A DNA stretch of 63,959 bases, filler included, from Neolecta irregularis DAH-3 (GCA_001929475.1; 10 parts of 10 records of this genome joined end to end with filler, not necessarily neighbours in it); one strand, 5' to 3'; counted from the first letter of the whole stretch, positions 14,262 through 28,221 are shown. Made by a program: numbers and translations. The notes: generated from the letters alone by a model not told the origin.

Positions 14262-15054
14262 ATGCCAGATTTTCTGACCGAGAGTGTAAACGAACATCTC
14301 GACCCATTTATAAAAAGACTGAAGGCCTTTCTAGAAAAAGAAGTAGAATCTGGTCTTTTGAAACAGGTTCAAGAGAGAATTAGAGAAAGCCTCGATGTTT
14401 TACGGCAGGCATTGGATCGGTTCAGGCGAGTTTATCGGAAATAAATATTCTAAGACCACAGCTCCAAGTCAATCGCATTATCATTCAACGGAGGAAAAGA
14501 CTGTGAAGTTCTTCTTTTTCTATACCTGTATGTGCTTTTTCCGACAGATCAGCCAATTCCGACCCTTTTTATAACTCCCCAGCATTCGTTTCCTCAAGTA
14601 GAAAAATTCGTAAACGAATGTTCGGCAAAGTACCATTTGCATCTTTCCAGAAAGCCTGTTCCAATGAAACAAGCATTTGCCGAATATCTCAAAGAACACC
14701 GGATCATCAAAGCAGTTCTAGTCGGAACCAGACGTAACGATCCATTTGCGCAAGACCTGAAATATATTCAACCAACAGACCATGGCTGGCCGCCTTGTGT
14801 GAGAATTCACCCAATCATAGATTGGCAGTACGCCGAGATCTGGGAGGTAAATTTTCATATACAAGCGTCATATTCAGACATAGTTTCTAAGGTTTTTCGA
14901 CATCCCGTATTGTTCGCTCTACGACCAAGGATATACATCCCTGGGCGGTACAACAAATACAATACCGAATCCCTCACTCCAGACCATTGATGGAAATTAT
15001 CTTCCTGCATATCATTTGAAAGACCAATCTCAAGAGCGGCTGGGACGCGACTAG
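14262..15054 (+). CDS. FAD1: FAD synthetase (PAPS-reductase family)
   Basis: SFNGGKDC, VGTRRNDP, PTDHGWP..RIHPIIDW, YCSLYDQGYTSLGG, ERLGR*. Confidence 0.93.
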
Positions 15055-15845
15055 AGATATCCTCCTCCCGAAAACATGTTGTTTCCTCGATCCCTTGTAC
15101 GCATCGCCAACTCATTTTTTTGTTTAGACGTCATATGGCGGCCGTACAAGTCTTTTTCTTTGTCGAACGGGTGTGTGGATGGGTTATCATTATAGCGTTT
15201 CTGTGAGGACTGGTGTATTTCGACCAGGGACTTGGGGTGGTTTGTAGACTTCGCTATTAGCATTTAGAGCGATAAATAGATATGCATTGTGAGTTTCCAC
15301 ATCCCTTGGTGTTGTTTTTGCCATCGACTGACGTTGTTGCTTTTCATTTGGAGCACCATTTTTGGGAGTTTGTGTCCATAAAGACTGATCAACGTCACCA
15401 GCTACGGCGTATTTTCCAGACTTTCCGGAATTAAATGACCGTGCTTTTAATATTGACGGATCCAGTTTTCCGCTCCAATCTGCTCGACTAGGTGGTTTCA
15501 TCATCCATTCTTCTCGTTGTAATGTCTCATTTTTTTCCCGTGGCTCGGGCGATATTTTACGCTGAGCACGTTCCTCGAATTCTCTTATGGCTAGTGATTG
15601 CGCATCTTCCTCCTGCAAAATCAATTTCTTTTGGTTGGCTAGTCACAGACCGGTATTTCACCATCTTTCGGTAGTTGTGGTCCAAAGTCATCATCGCTAG
15701 AACTATCTGTTTCGTGGTCTTGGTTGCTTGGAGCAATCTTTTTAGCAGTTGGTCTGTCTTCTGGTCCGTCGATATCCCTCTTCCTTTTGGACAGTTCATC
15801 TCTGGCGATTTGCAGATGTATAGGCAACCGTGGTCCGATTGGCAT
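15051..15845 (-). CDS. GPALPP1/DUF3752-like protein
   Basis: MPIGPRLP, SSSDDDFGPQLP, QREEWMMKPP, SLWTQTP, KSLVEIH, PFDKEKDL, FSGGGYL* match the DUF3752 layout; two short introns. Confidence 0.8.
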
Positions 15846-16067
15846 AGTATATGGCGTTGATCTTGAGATTCCAACATAATCATTCTGGCAAATACAAGAC
15901 AAGATGAAAACATGAGAACGAACCAGAAGAATAAATAAGAAAAGCTATGTATAGACCCAGTGACTGAAATTATTCTTCAGTCCTCGATGTTTTGCCGACA
16001 TTTCGTTTTCAGCGGCAGCATTAACCTGCTCATTTTATATTTGACTAACCGCTGAAACTTCTTCCAC

Positions 16068-16917
16068 TTATGAAAAAGCTTTTTTTCTCGACGAATGGGT
16101 TTCCCTAACATTATGGGCATGATGAATTAAGAGTGTATCTATACCCATGACATCGCGAACGGTCTGTTCAACCGGTGGCCGGCTGTAGATCTCAGCTGAG
16201 AGATCTACTTGTTGTTCCTCTGGCAGTTCAGAAGAAGTAGAGCAGTTGGACATTTCTATTTCTTCATGTAAACCGCAGCCTGTTCTTGCGTTAGTAAAAA
16301 TAGCGTGAAAGCGAATGTAGCCTACTAAGGAGACTCCGTTCTTCTTCGTCGTCGAGACGAATGTCGATGATATCAATCGTGTTCGTGATAGGAGAAGATC
16401 GGACTTTGTACACAAAGCTCTCGTGCCATTGATAATATATACTTGCAAGTTCTCTGCGATGTAGAAATAGGTCTGGTGTAATGTCTAGTAAGAGCCCGAC
16501 GTTTTCCAGGATCGCGGTACATGTATTGTATAATATGGCCAAGGGATGGTGCAATTCTGGATGCTGCAGATTGAAAAGTCGAGCCTTTTGAATAAGACGG
16601 TCTGTTAAAGTGATGACCGAATAAAGAGGATCTTTGATTTTGGCTTCCCAGGCTTCTTGATGCTCCTCCTTGGAGAAGAATGCAAAAATCACACCTCTTG
16701 TAACATCTCGGAGCTCGTGGTACGAGTTTAGGATTTCGTTGTAGTTTAGGTAGTGATATACCTGCCGTTCAAGAGCATCTATATCGCTAATCGATACGCA
16801 CACGATCATACGAAATGTTTCTGCAAGGTCAATATCTGCCATATGGATTGAAAAAGTGCGGGCTGGAGGAGAAAAAGAAAGACTCTCAAGTTGCATATCA
16901 AAAGCCCAGGTATGCAT
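16068..16917 (-). CDS. Hypothetical (orphan-looking) protein, probably two exons
   Basis: 208-aa ORF joinable to the 16068 frame by a ~45-nt GT-AG intron with a CTAAC branch site near 16280-16325; no recognised motif. Confidence 0.5.
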
Positions 16918-17320
16918 GGTAGATGACGTCTTTAACTATCTCCCATCTCTGAAGAATGGGAGCAAGATATGCCTTTGGACAGTGGCTTATGTGTGAATTT
17001 CCATGAAAATGCAATACTTCAGCTGTGTTGTTGGTATAGTATTTGACACGATCGTGTGTTACTCTCTTTTGGTAAAAATATATCGATCGAAAGTGATAGC
17101 TATAGACAAATCGAGCCGAGTTTACAAATGCAGAGTAACTTTTGGTACCTGGTAGTCAATCTTATTTTGTTGAAAACTCCAGTCCAGTTTACAAAATGAC
17201 CATAAACTGATCTATTGCTGGCTGTTTATGTCGTTTATCAAGTCGTTAGGAGGCCAACAATTTTTTCGCGCTCAAGTAGACCTCCACAAAAGCTATTCTG
17301 CCAATCCTATCAACCAAGAC

Positions 17321-20074
17321 ATGGTCCATCGCGCCGAATCTCCCGCTGACAGCGAGCATGAAGTCGATATTTCAGAGTGGTTAACAGCATCTGCAAAGCA
17401 AAACACACAAAAATTTATTTCTCCAGGAGAATTGCTTCCACAAGACAGCGATGAGGATGAAGAGTTTATATCCAACCAACGACTTGTCGCAAATCGAAAA
17501 ACCAAAGGTCAGAAGATATTTAAAGGCGGTGCATTTCAGACTATGGGACTGAATCAGACTCTACTCAAGGCGATCACACATAAAGGGTTTAAAGTTCCAA
17601 CGCCGATTCAGCGGAAAACAATACCTTTGCTTCTTCAGGGGCGGGATGTGGTCGGTATGGCCAGGACAGGGTCTGGTAAAACTGCTGCTTTTGTTATACC
17701 GATGATTGAAAAATTAAAAACACATACTGCAAAGGCAATACTACAAAGAGTGAACTAGTTGACAATTCAGGTCGGAGCTCGGGCTATAATCATGTCACCG
17801 TCCCGAGAACTTGCAATACAGAGTCTTAAAGTAGTCAGAGAATTGGGCAAAGGTACAGATTTGAAATCTGCTTTACTCGTTGGTGGAGACAGCCTTGAGG
17901 ACCAATTTGGCTTGATGGTCAATAATCCAGATATGCAAGTCGCATTAGTATTCTTCCATTTGATGTTTTAGTATCATTGCGACTCCTGGTCGATTCCTAC
18001 ATCTGATGGTTGAAATGAATTTGGATCTCCGGTCAGTCGAATACATATGCTTTGACGAGGCTGATCGGTACAAAACATCTAGTTCTTGCTAATATACATA
18101 GCCTTTTCGAAATGGGTTTTGCTTCCCAGCTTTCCGAAGTTCTATATAAACTCCCAGACTCACGGCAAACTCTTTTGTTTTCTGCAACACTGCCAAAATC
18201 ACTCGTCGAGTTCGCTAAAGCGGGTCTACAGGAACCCATACTCGTACGATTAGACGTCGACAATAAAATCTCTACAGAACTAGAAAGTGCATTCTTTAGT
18301 ATCAAGTCTGCTGATAAAGAAGGATCATTGCTGTATCTCTTACAAGAGGTCATTCAAATACCTCTAGATCTCAATGAACAAGAGCAAAATATTATGACTG
18401 ATGGGAAGAAAAAAAGGAAACACACACAAGGCCAATATCAAGCAACTTCTCAATATTCAACAATACTCTTTTGCGCAACCAAGCACCATGTAGAATATCT
18501 TTCTCGGTTCTTAACTCTAGCTGGATATAAAGTATCATTGGTTTATGGATCACTCGATCAAGTAGCGCGACGCGCTCACATTGAGGCATTTCGAAATGGT
18601 CGTTCAAATATTTTGATTGTCACGGATGTTGCAGCTCGAGGAATTGACATTCCCCTCCTTTCCAATGTCATAAATTATGATTTCCCTGCGGAACCTAAGA
18701 TATTTGTCCATAGAGTTGGCCGTACAGCTAGAGCTGGGAGAAGAGGTTGGGCATATAGTTTTGTTCGTGCGGAGGACGCTTCATACCTTCTCGACCTACA
18801 ACTCTTTCTCGGCAGAGGGATTGTATCTACTGGTAAAAATGTCGTGGATTACACCAGGGATGTTGTTTTAGGCTGTATGCCACGAGAAGAGGTGGAGAAA
18901 TGCTCTGAGTGGGTTACCAAGGTAATGGGCGAAGATGCCGAGTTGAGTAGTTTGAAAGGAGTCGTTGGAAAATCCGAACGTTTGTATCTGAAGACGAGGC
19001 CAAATGCAAGTACCGAAAGCATCAAGCGAGCGAAAAAAGTGGTTGAATCGAGAGCGTGGTATACAGTTAATCCTCTGTTGGGTATTATATCCCATTTCAC
19101 TACTCTGCCTGACTTGTAGCATGTAAATCTTCCGATGCAAACGAAATGCGTGAGAAACTCCTCGCTAAAGTTTCGGGATTTCGTCCCTCCGAAACAGTTT
19201 TCGAGATTGGCTGTCGAGGACTGAAACGAACGGAGGCCGCTGATGTGATGAGACGTCGAAGAGATCTGATTACACCGGCAGCTCGGAAGACAATTGACAA
19301 TGAACGACAAAACTCTGGAGACGAAACACTACCATCTGAAGATGAAGACGTCGATCTAGATGGTGTGTTCTCAATATCTATGTCAACTAGGAAACGCAAA
19401 AAGCCAAAGATGATCTCATTCCGCGATAGCGAGAATTTCATCTCGCACTATGCTCCCACTAGTGCAATCGAAGAGTCTGGTTATTCAATATCAAAAGGTA
19501 CAAATAAATCGTTTGCAGAGGCTGCTCGTGGTGCAACAATGGATCTCGTCCACGATGAGACAGTAGATCAATTCGGAGCTGCTCAGCGTATAAAGGGACA
19601 GAGATGGGATCCCAAGAAGAAGAATTTCGTCAACAAAATGAACGATGAAGACGGTTCTAAAGGTGGTGCACCAAAGATGATTAGAGGTGAAAGTGGAGTG
19701 AAGATTCCAGCGACTTATAAAAGTGGACGGTAACTCTTAATTTAAATTGCCGTATCCTGATTACCAGCTTTGAAGCTTGGAGATCTTCTCATAAGACCAA
19801 AGTCCCACGAGTTGGAGACGAAGAATCAAACAGTCAAAACACAGCGATTGGAAATGGAAAGAGATTCAAACATCGCAAAATCCAAGCACCCAAACTACCT
19901 GACAAAGCACGAGATGATTATCATTCACGCAAAAAGAGAGTGCATGAGGCCAGGGAGAAGGGATTATATGGAAAGGCAAAGAGTGAGCTTAAAAATCTCT
20001 CTGCTATTCGGCGTGACAAGAGACTTAAAGAGAAAAGGAAAGCCAAGAATGCTAGACCTAGTAGAAAGAAGTAG
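17321..20074 (+). CDS. DBP10: DEAD-box RNA helicase Dbp10 (DDX54)
   Basis: [56 protein letters not shown]10CT region [28 protein letters not shown]; ends KNARPSRKK*. Confidence 0.97.
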
Positions 20075-20082
20075 GACCTAAT

Positions 20083-20182
20083 NNNNNNNNNNNNNNNNNN
20101 NNNNNNNNNNNNNNNNNNNNNNNNNNTTAATTAATTAANNNNNNNNNNNNNNNNNNNNNNNNNNNNNNNNNNNNNNNNNNNN
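20083..20182. other. Assembly spacer (44N-TTAATTAATTAA-44N); also at 28705, 31701, 35102, 46475, 48517, 52052, 54974, 61696
   Basis: Identical 100-nt linker with stop codons in all six frames, present nine times. Confidence 0.99.
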
Positions 20183-22065
20183 ACATATTGGAATATCTCG
20201 ATATCACCGAATATTGCAATAAGTGGGTCAATCTTGTGGCTGGCGAACGCACCCTAAATGTAAATCGTTGGTCTTTGCTTATTTGCAGGGATTATTGGGG
20301 CTCGAGTTTGAAGATATGGATTTTTAGACTCCGTTCGAGATTTGGAATGCACCCGTAACTATGAGATCATGCATCTCTTCAGAGAAGCTTGAGAAGCTTG
20401 ATCTCGTCTCCTCTTCGAGGCAGTCCCCTTGCACAACTAAATAGAACGATTCTACCGATGGAAAGCCAGGGTTAGCTTATCAGGTAGAAGCCATGGGAGA
20501 TATGAGCTGAATTTTGCGCAGATAGAACTGTGGGTTACAGATGCATCACAGGCCAATCATTGTCCTCCATTCATCTCTCTTGTTTTATGAACCGTCTTCA
20601 AGTTAAGTCATCATGATCAGAATTGATTCATGTTAACTCTCACTAAATTCCCGGGATATGAATGACCAGCCACCCTTGTACAGTACCTACACTAGTTTCT
20701 AATTGGCCACTTAAAATTGCGGTATTTATTTAACGAGCTCAGAGCTGTTGGTTAATACGCCCTCGAATCAGACCATTGTTCGCGACCTTGTTTGATCGAC
20801 CGAAAGTTTCAGAAGAGCAGGTCTTCATATTGGTTCGGTTTTGCAAGAGCGTGTACTACTAATTTACAGAGAACTATGGCTAGGCAGCAAAACCTTTCTA
20901 CGTTTTCCTCGTTCACCAATCCTGTGGTCGTGGGTTGACGGGACCTTCCAGCCAATCACAAACTTTTCTCTGCTAGATGGGTAATAAAAGAAGGACCGTT
21001 TTTTCTGATGATTCAAGTTGTCATTAACCTAGAAGAACAATCCCACATCAGTATTTCTTCGTATACTTGCCATAGTAGTACCAAGTGACACCGGTGTCTT
21101 CCGCCTAAAATATTTGAATTAGGAGGCTAATATTCCACCTGATCACTCACTTATTAAGCTTGCAGGCTGATGTGTCCACTTCTTGTAAATCAATGAATGT
21201 TTGCAGCGCAAGGACTTTCTGGCTTAGCCGTAGCTTCGAAAATTTCTTAACACAAATAAAATCGACGGGATTCGTCTCAAGATCACATGGATCATGCGTG
21301 CGAAATAGCCCTTATCATCATTTTATAAGATCCGGTAGAGAAAATCTAACAGGGGTTCCTCATATCTCCGCTTTGTAAATCTTTTCTCTAGTCCGACTAT
21401 CGCAGTCAGTTTGGGAATATTTACTAATACTATAATGGCGATACATCATGCTATGTTCGTCAGTGCCTGTTGTCTAATATTTAAATGTTGTTCTTCCGAA
21501 TTTCTCAATTCCACAATCTTATGAGCCTAGCTGGCCCAAATGCTTGTCCATTATTCTTTTCCGGTAAGATTGCCAGCGGTGATAACACTAGAAAGGCCTT
21601 TTCAGTCACACACCGCTTTTAACATGGGTCTCGATTTCGATACTATTATAGGGCTGATGACATATATATTGTATACGCCAATGGGCCTGATAGCAGACTC
21701 TCTGACAAGTTCCTGTCTGTTGATTGGCCACAATAGCTAGGTATCAACTCTTGTTTGGGGTTCCTCCTACGGCTCGACGATTTTTGAGTGGAATAAGCAC
21801 GGCCTGGTGTGTCTTTTTAAGTAGACAGGAGTCATTCTTTCCAACATTGCACTCAGGTGCGGTTCGAAGATAGAAGACATAAACTGTCTAACTAAAGGGC
21901 TAACAGCTGCAATATCCTTCGTTGTCGACGTGTTCTTTTCTGGCGCTCGGAAGCTACCTGGTCTCGGGGTTCATAGCATCGATCTGTCGATATCTCATCA
22001 AACAATTATAACAACTTTGGTCACTGTGCATCTTCAATCATTCACGAGTTGTCTTGTGGCCCGCC

Positions 22066-23199
22066 ATGCCTATGACGAAACACCCATGTCTTGCTTGTAA
22101 ACAAGCGAAAACCAAGGTTTGCATTACTAGGTCGAGGAATACTGACTAGGTGCAAGTGCGACGGCGTTCGTCCTTGTTCTCGATGTATTAGCCGTGAACT
22201 GAGCTGCTATAGTCCAATAGACGCCGCTTGTGATGGATGCTTTGAGAGACCGCGAGGGAGAAATGCATATTTCCATCGACTTAAATTCCTAACTGAAACA
22301 ATAGTGTAACCTTCGATATCCGTGTGGCGAATGTGGAAAGCGCAGCGAGAAATGCTCGTACATCCGATTTGCAAACCATGGAATGGATACACCTCTGAAT
22401 TCATCTCTATATGGATATGATACTCGGTATCATAATCTGCAGGACAGTTTGACAGTTGCGGCCGAACTTCAGACTAAAGCAAAAGGAAGTTGTGTCAAAA
22501 TATCGACCGAGCCCTATTATCTTTCTCCTACGTCACAAGAACAAATCCCTATTTACCACGAGCTGGTAGATGTTCATACACTTATTTCAAGATCTCATTT
22601 TGAAATCCAGCCATCTGATTTTAATTTGTCGCCACTCAACGAGACATTCGAGATCGATCCAGCAGCCAACATCTTTTGCCCCAAACCATCAAGTTTCGGC
22701 GGCCTTACGGCTACAGATGACGCCAATATGTTTGCTTTCACCTTTGGATATTGTCAGGAAATTCCATGCCGACGATCTCCCCATCCACTTGATTTTTCAC
22801 GTATGGCGCAGTTGACGTTTCATGTAAAATTTAATGAATATTTTTTCGGCACGCTAATCCGCAAAGTATCCAAGTGTCAAGCAAGCTTTGTTGGCGTATG
22901 GTGCATACAGCCTTGCAATGCGGATCACGGATGTCCATGCCAAGAATCGATATTTGGAGCTTGCGCTTTCCTACGAGAGCATGGCTATCCGACTGCTTTA
23001 TGGGACGCTACATATTGCCGATGGAGATGAGGCACACAAACAAACCTGTCTCTTTCTGCATTTCAAGGCTGTGCGTTCATTGTTTGGGTGGCTGCAGACT
23101 AATGAGTCAGGGTATGGAACGGGACGAGTGTCGACATGTAATATCGGGTCTCGGATGGGCTTATTTCACTGGGTAGATGCCAAGAGTAAAATCTTCTGA
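22066..23199 (+). CDS. Transcription factor with two tandem Zn2Cys6-like clusters
   Basis: CLACKQAKTK|CDGVRPCSRCISRELSC, then CDGCFERPRGRN|CNLRYPCGECGKRSEKC; introns 22117-22156 and 22265-22304; third exon region YPSVKQALLAYGAYSL..YLELALSYESMAIRLL; 3' end uncertain. Confidence 0.8.
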
Positions 23200-24154
23200 A
23201 ACGAACAGAAAACTTATGTCTACGGGAATGCCATTGCCACCCTTTGATAAACCAGGGTTGCTTTCTTCGCGGATCAAGGCTTTGTTCGATGATAATTTGT
23301 TTAAAGCCCAGGCATGGTATCCGTCAGTAGTGCATTCGAATCGCCAGTATGCTATGCCTTGGCGGCCACCCTCAACTCGCACTACTCTTTCGCACAATCA
23401 ATTATTGCAAGATACTGTCCCAATGTATGCAAATATCCCAATACCTAATAGCAGCGATCCGAGACAGCCACTACTCGCTAATTTTGATATGGCGCTGATT
23501 CGCTTGTGTACTTTCTCCGTTCCAGAGGCGTTGAAGTAGCCGGTGCGCACTTAACTTTTCGGCCTGTTCATCCGTAAAATAAGCAATCACTTTATTAAGC
23601 ATGTTGGCAACAGTTTCACTTTGGGGCCTGTTACTCAACACCGTTTCTGGAAATAGACCAGGGTATCATGAAGATCTTATGTATAGGTCCATCGAAGCTT
23701 TGTGGTACATGTGGTATGTGGCTGCCTGTGTATTAAACTGTCCTTGCAGATGCATAGTGGAGCATCGAGTTATTGATGACGCTTTGTAGTCTGTTCACCG
23801 CGAGAACGATATTTATATCAATGGACACAAAGAAGCGCTCCTGAACACCGATGGTGACAAACGCACTGAAAAAGATGTACAGTTACCATTCAGGGGCTCG
23901 AAAATCATGAGACGCAAGCCTTTTTCAATTATCTGGCACTGTCACAACACACCAGTCAATATTCTGGTGTTTTGTATCAGACAGAAGAAAAAACGAAGTA
24001 CCGAATATCATTTCTCGCACGGTTCACTCAAGACATTTATGTCTTACGCGGGAGACGACGTGTCTCAGTCAAATGGCCTAATCCGTGGTGGAACGTGACT
24101 GCTATATATAACCTCGCCGCCATTTTCTTTGCCATAGTTTCCTTCTCTGCCTTT

Positions 24155-27100
24155 ATGTCTCCTGCTCAAGTCATGGTCTCCAACTCCTCACACCTAGCAG
24201 AAACAGAAACGAAAGGGTCTGTCAAGGTTCTAGACGAGCTTTTTCAGAAGCTCACTGTTGCCACCTCGCCAGAAGATATCGACGCTGCTTCAAAGAACAT
24301 CGCCTCGTTCATCAACGGCCCCATCGAAGAACAAGATGCTCCTACAAAGATCGTGGAAAATTTGAAAACGGCCCTAAACAACAAGAAAGACCATGCTGCT
24401 CGTGAAAAGGCGCTCGTTGCCATCGGAAGGATTGCTTCTCACTCTGTAGCCCCTAATGTCGAACCCTACCTTGTGTCGCTTTTGCCAAGCGTGCTAGACA
24501 AGATCGGTGACAAGATGATTCCAGTACAGAATGCTGCAAAAGGTGCTGCTCAAGCTATCGGTCGTGCCATAAACCCATTCGCCGTAAAAGCTGTACTCCC
24601 TCCTATTCTTGAAAGTATCAAGACCGCAAACAAATGGCAGCAGAAACTTGCGACCCTGCATCTTTTGAATGACCTTGTCGACCATGCCCCTTCGCAGCTG
24701 GGCATTCGCATGCCTGAAATTATTCCGGTTGTATCTGAAGCAATGTGGGATACCAAACCAGAAGTCAAGAAAGGCGCACGCGAGACCATGACCAAGACAT
24801 GTACACTCGTTGCAAATGCAGATATTGAACGTTTTATCCCTGCTTTAATCGAATGTATAGCCAGACCTGAAGAAGTCCCCGAAACTGTTCATCTTCTCGG
24901 TGCAACTACATTCGTTCAGGAAGTGCAATCGCCAACATTGGCAATCATGGTTCCCCTTCTCTCTCGAGGTCTCCATGAGCGAGCCCATCTTAAAGCAACC
25001 GAGATTAAACGAAAAGCGGCAGTTATTGTGGAGAATATGTGCAAACTCGTCGATCAGCCACACTACCTGATTCCGTTCAAAGGCAAACTGGAGTTGGATT
25101 TGAAAAATGCCTTTGAATCTGTTGCAGATCCCGAAGTACGAGAAGTTATGCAGCGAGCAATCGATACACTCAACAAATTTGGTCAAGTCGACCCCTCTGT
25201 CATTGCAGCTTCAGACCCAACTGAACTTCTCAAGACTCTTAAATCGGTTCTTAGTGCCCACAAACTTCATCCTTCACATGAAACTATCCTTTCGTACATC
25301 TCCACCATGGCCGCACAGCTGGTCGATGAACGAAATAGCGATTCAATTGACTGGATCAACATTACCGTTCCTTTCCTTGCGGCAATCGTCAGGGAAACTG
25401 ATGCCAAAGCAGTCGCCGATACTTTCCGAAAACGAAGCATCTCGGCTATGGGTGAAAACATTGGTCAAGACGATGATGAGGACGAAGGAGAAGATCTCTG
25501 CAATTGCGAGTTCTCTCTGGCTTATGGTGCCAAGATTCTTCTAAATCGAACCAATCTTCGCTTGAAACGAGGTCGGAGATATGGTCTATGTGGTCCCAAC
25601 GGTTCTGGAAAATCTACGCTCATGAGTATGATTGTCTACATTTTGTACATATTCTAACCTGTATAGGAGCTATTACGAATGAGCAGGTTGAGGGTTTCCC
25701 ACCAGCCAGTGAGCTCAAGACAGTGTACGTCGAACATGATATCGATTCAACAGAAGCTGACACCCCGGTTGTGGACTTTATTGCCAATGACGAACGAATC
25801 AAATCTTCTCGAGAAGAAGTTGTCAAAGCACTTTCCACGGTTGGATTTACTCCTGAAATGCTTAGTATGGCAATTTGTTCTCTTTCTGGTGGATGGAAGA
25901 TGAAGTTGGCTCTCGCTCGTGCTATGTTGCAAAAGGTATGCTTTATCACTAGCCGTTTTCGCTCATCATCAGGCCGATATTCTGCTCCTGGATGAACCAA
26001 CTAATCATCTTGATGTCAAAAACGTTGCCTGGTTGGAAAATTTCTTGACATCGCAAAAGAACGTTACATCGCTTATCGTTTCTCACGATTCTGGATTCCT
26101 TGATCGAGTTGTAGAATACATTATCCATTACGAACGATTTAAACTCAAGCGATACAAGGGAAACCTCTCCGAATTCGTCAAGAAGGTTCCTTCTGCCAAA
26201 TCTTATTACGAACTCGGTGCTTCTGAAATGGAGTTCAAGTTCCCGGAACCCGGTTTCCTCGAAGGTGTCAAGGTATTCTCACGCGACCAGTTAGAATATA
26301 TACTAATATAAAGACTAAACAAAAGGCTATTGTCAAAGTGAGCAAAATGTCGTTCCAATACCCTGGTACCTCAAAGCCCCAAATCAGTGATATCACTTTT
26401 CAATGCTCGCTCGCTTCTCGAATCGCAGTTATCGGACCTAACGGAGCTGGAAAGTCGACTCTCATCAAAGTCTTGACTGGTGAACTTGTGCCGACGACTG
26501 GAGATGTCTATCAACATGAAAATTGTCGGATTGCTTACATTGCTCAAGACGCCTTCCACCATATCAATAACCACCTTGACAAGACTCCGTCTGAGTACAT
26601 TCAGTGGCGCTATCAAACTGGCGAAGATCGTGAAACGATGGATCGAGCAAATCGAGTAATAACTTCTGAAGACGAAGAAGGCATGAAAAAGATTTATAAA
26701 GTTGAAGGATCATCTCGTCGTGTCATTGAGATCTTATCTCGAAGAAAACTTAAAAATTCGTACGAATACGAATGTTCCTTTGAGCTCGGTGCAAATGTTG
26801 GTCAGAAACATGAAACTTGGACAAGAATGATGACTGCCGATAATGCCTGGCTTCCACGAAATGAACTTCTCACGACGCACGCCAAAATGGTCGCTGAAGT
26901 CGATCTCAAAGAAGCTCTGAAAAGCGGCAATTTCAGAGCACTCACCAAGAAAGAAATTGAAAAGCACTGCGACCAGCTGGGTCTGGAAGCAGAGTTGGTG
27001 TCGCATTCTCGAATTCGCGGGTTAAGTGGTGGTCAGAAAGTTAAACTGGTACTCGCTGGTTGTACCTGGCTGAATCCTCATTTGATTGTCCTTGACGAAC

Positions 27101-27465
27101 CGACGAATTATCTCGATCGAGATTCGCTCGGTGCTCTATCAAAGGCACTCAAAGCTTATGGCGGTGGAGTGATCCTTATTACTCACTCTGCTGAATTCAC
27201 CAAAGACATTACTGACGAAGTTTGGTCCGTTCTGGATGGTAAGATGACTCCCTCGGGTCACAATTGGGTACAAGGACAAGGTGTTGGTCCCCGTCTTGGC
27301 CAAGACGACAACGAGGGCGACAAGTATGACGCATTTGGCAACAAAATCACCTCTACAAAGAAAGATAGAAAGCTTACCGGTGCGGAATTGCGAAAGAAAA
27401 AGAAGGAGCGCATGCGTAGAAAGAAGGAACTCGGTGATGCATATATCTCAGACGATGAGGAATAG
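24155..27465 (+). CDS. YEF3: Translation elongation factor 3 (eEF3, ABC-F)
   Basis: HEAT N-terminus, [67 protein letters not shown], acidic/basic tail. Confidence 0.98.
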
Positions 27466-27742
27466 GCTTTTGCATTATTTTCTTTGAGTTGGATGGTTCT
27501 TGGATAGATTTGGAATCTTGAATTTCCCGGATCATATTGCGATTTGATGTTGACGTATTTTTTATAAAACTTGACATTTGCTTTGATTAGAGACGAATTC
27601 ATGTAAACAATCTGCAGTTCCACGGCATGAATCACTGCCACAAAATCACTCCTAGCACGCTTCAATTTAAGGCACCAAATTCCTTCAGAAATCAAATTGC
27701 AAACACATTGACACTTCAAATACTGTACAAACAAACGATTAA

Positions 27743-27976
27743 TGTAGTAAGGGTATACCCGGATATTACGGGATATACCCATACCAATACAGTAGGTGGC
27801 GGATAAAGAAATAAGGGACATTAGATAGAAATGTATGTAAGGGCTACGCTCACATATCTTAGTCTAAGCTCACACGCCTACAAGCTTAGATTAAGGTATG
27901 TGAAGCTCACACGCCAGCAAGCTTAGATCGAGGAAATATAACCTGATCTTATCGTACTCGAGCTCCAACACTTACA
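27743..27976 (+). mobile_element. Solo LTR with 5-bp target-site duplication
   Basis: TG...CA termini (TGTAG...TTACA) flanked by ATTAA at 27738-27742 and 27977-27981; similar to the copies at 28222, 31801, 32405 and 63877. Confidence 0.8.
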
Positions 27977-28221
27977 ATTAAAGCTAATGAGACATCGCCA
28001 TATTCATGGGGAACCTTGTGAAATTCCTGTCGAAACTGGCCTTTCAAGTGATATTAGACAATACAATTCAGGGCAGCGCTCTCCCCTGTCTCAACCCTAT
28101 CCGACTTCCAGCCCGCGTCCCGCCTATGTTACCTAAATCTTCCGCTCCCAATCCTCCATTGTCTCCAAAAACTCTCGCACTACCTTGACAAACCATCGCT
28201 CCCCGCCCCAGCCAAACCATC

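Noticed and set aside
20083-20182. Recurrent TTAATTAATTAA palindrome within N runs
   Set aside because: Artificial six-frame-stop scaffold linker. Gene adjacency across these gaps should be treated cautiously.
20183-22065. Long intergenic stretch as a possible ncRNA or pseudogene
   Set aside because: No tRNA/snoRNA hallmarks or sustained reading frame detectable by eye
23972-24154. N-terminal extension of eEF3 in the ORF track
   Set aside because: Starts at a non-ATG codon and spans a TATATATAA box; ATG 24155 is more plausible
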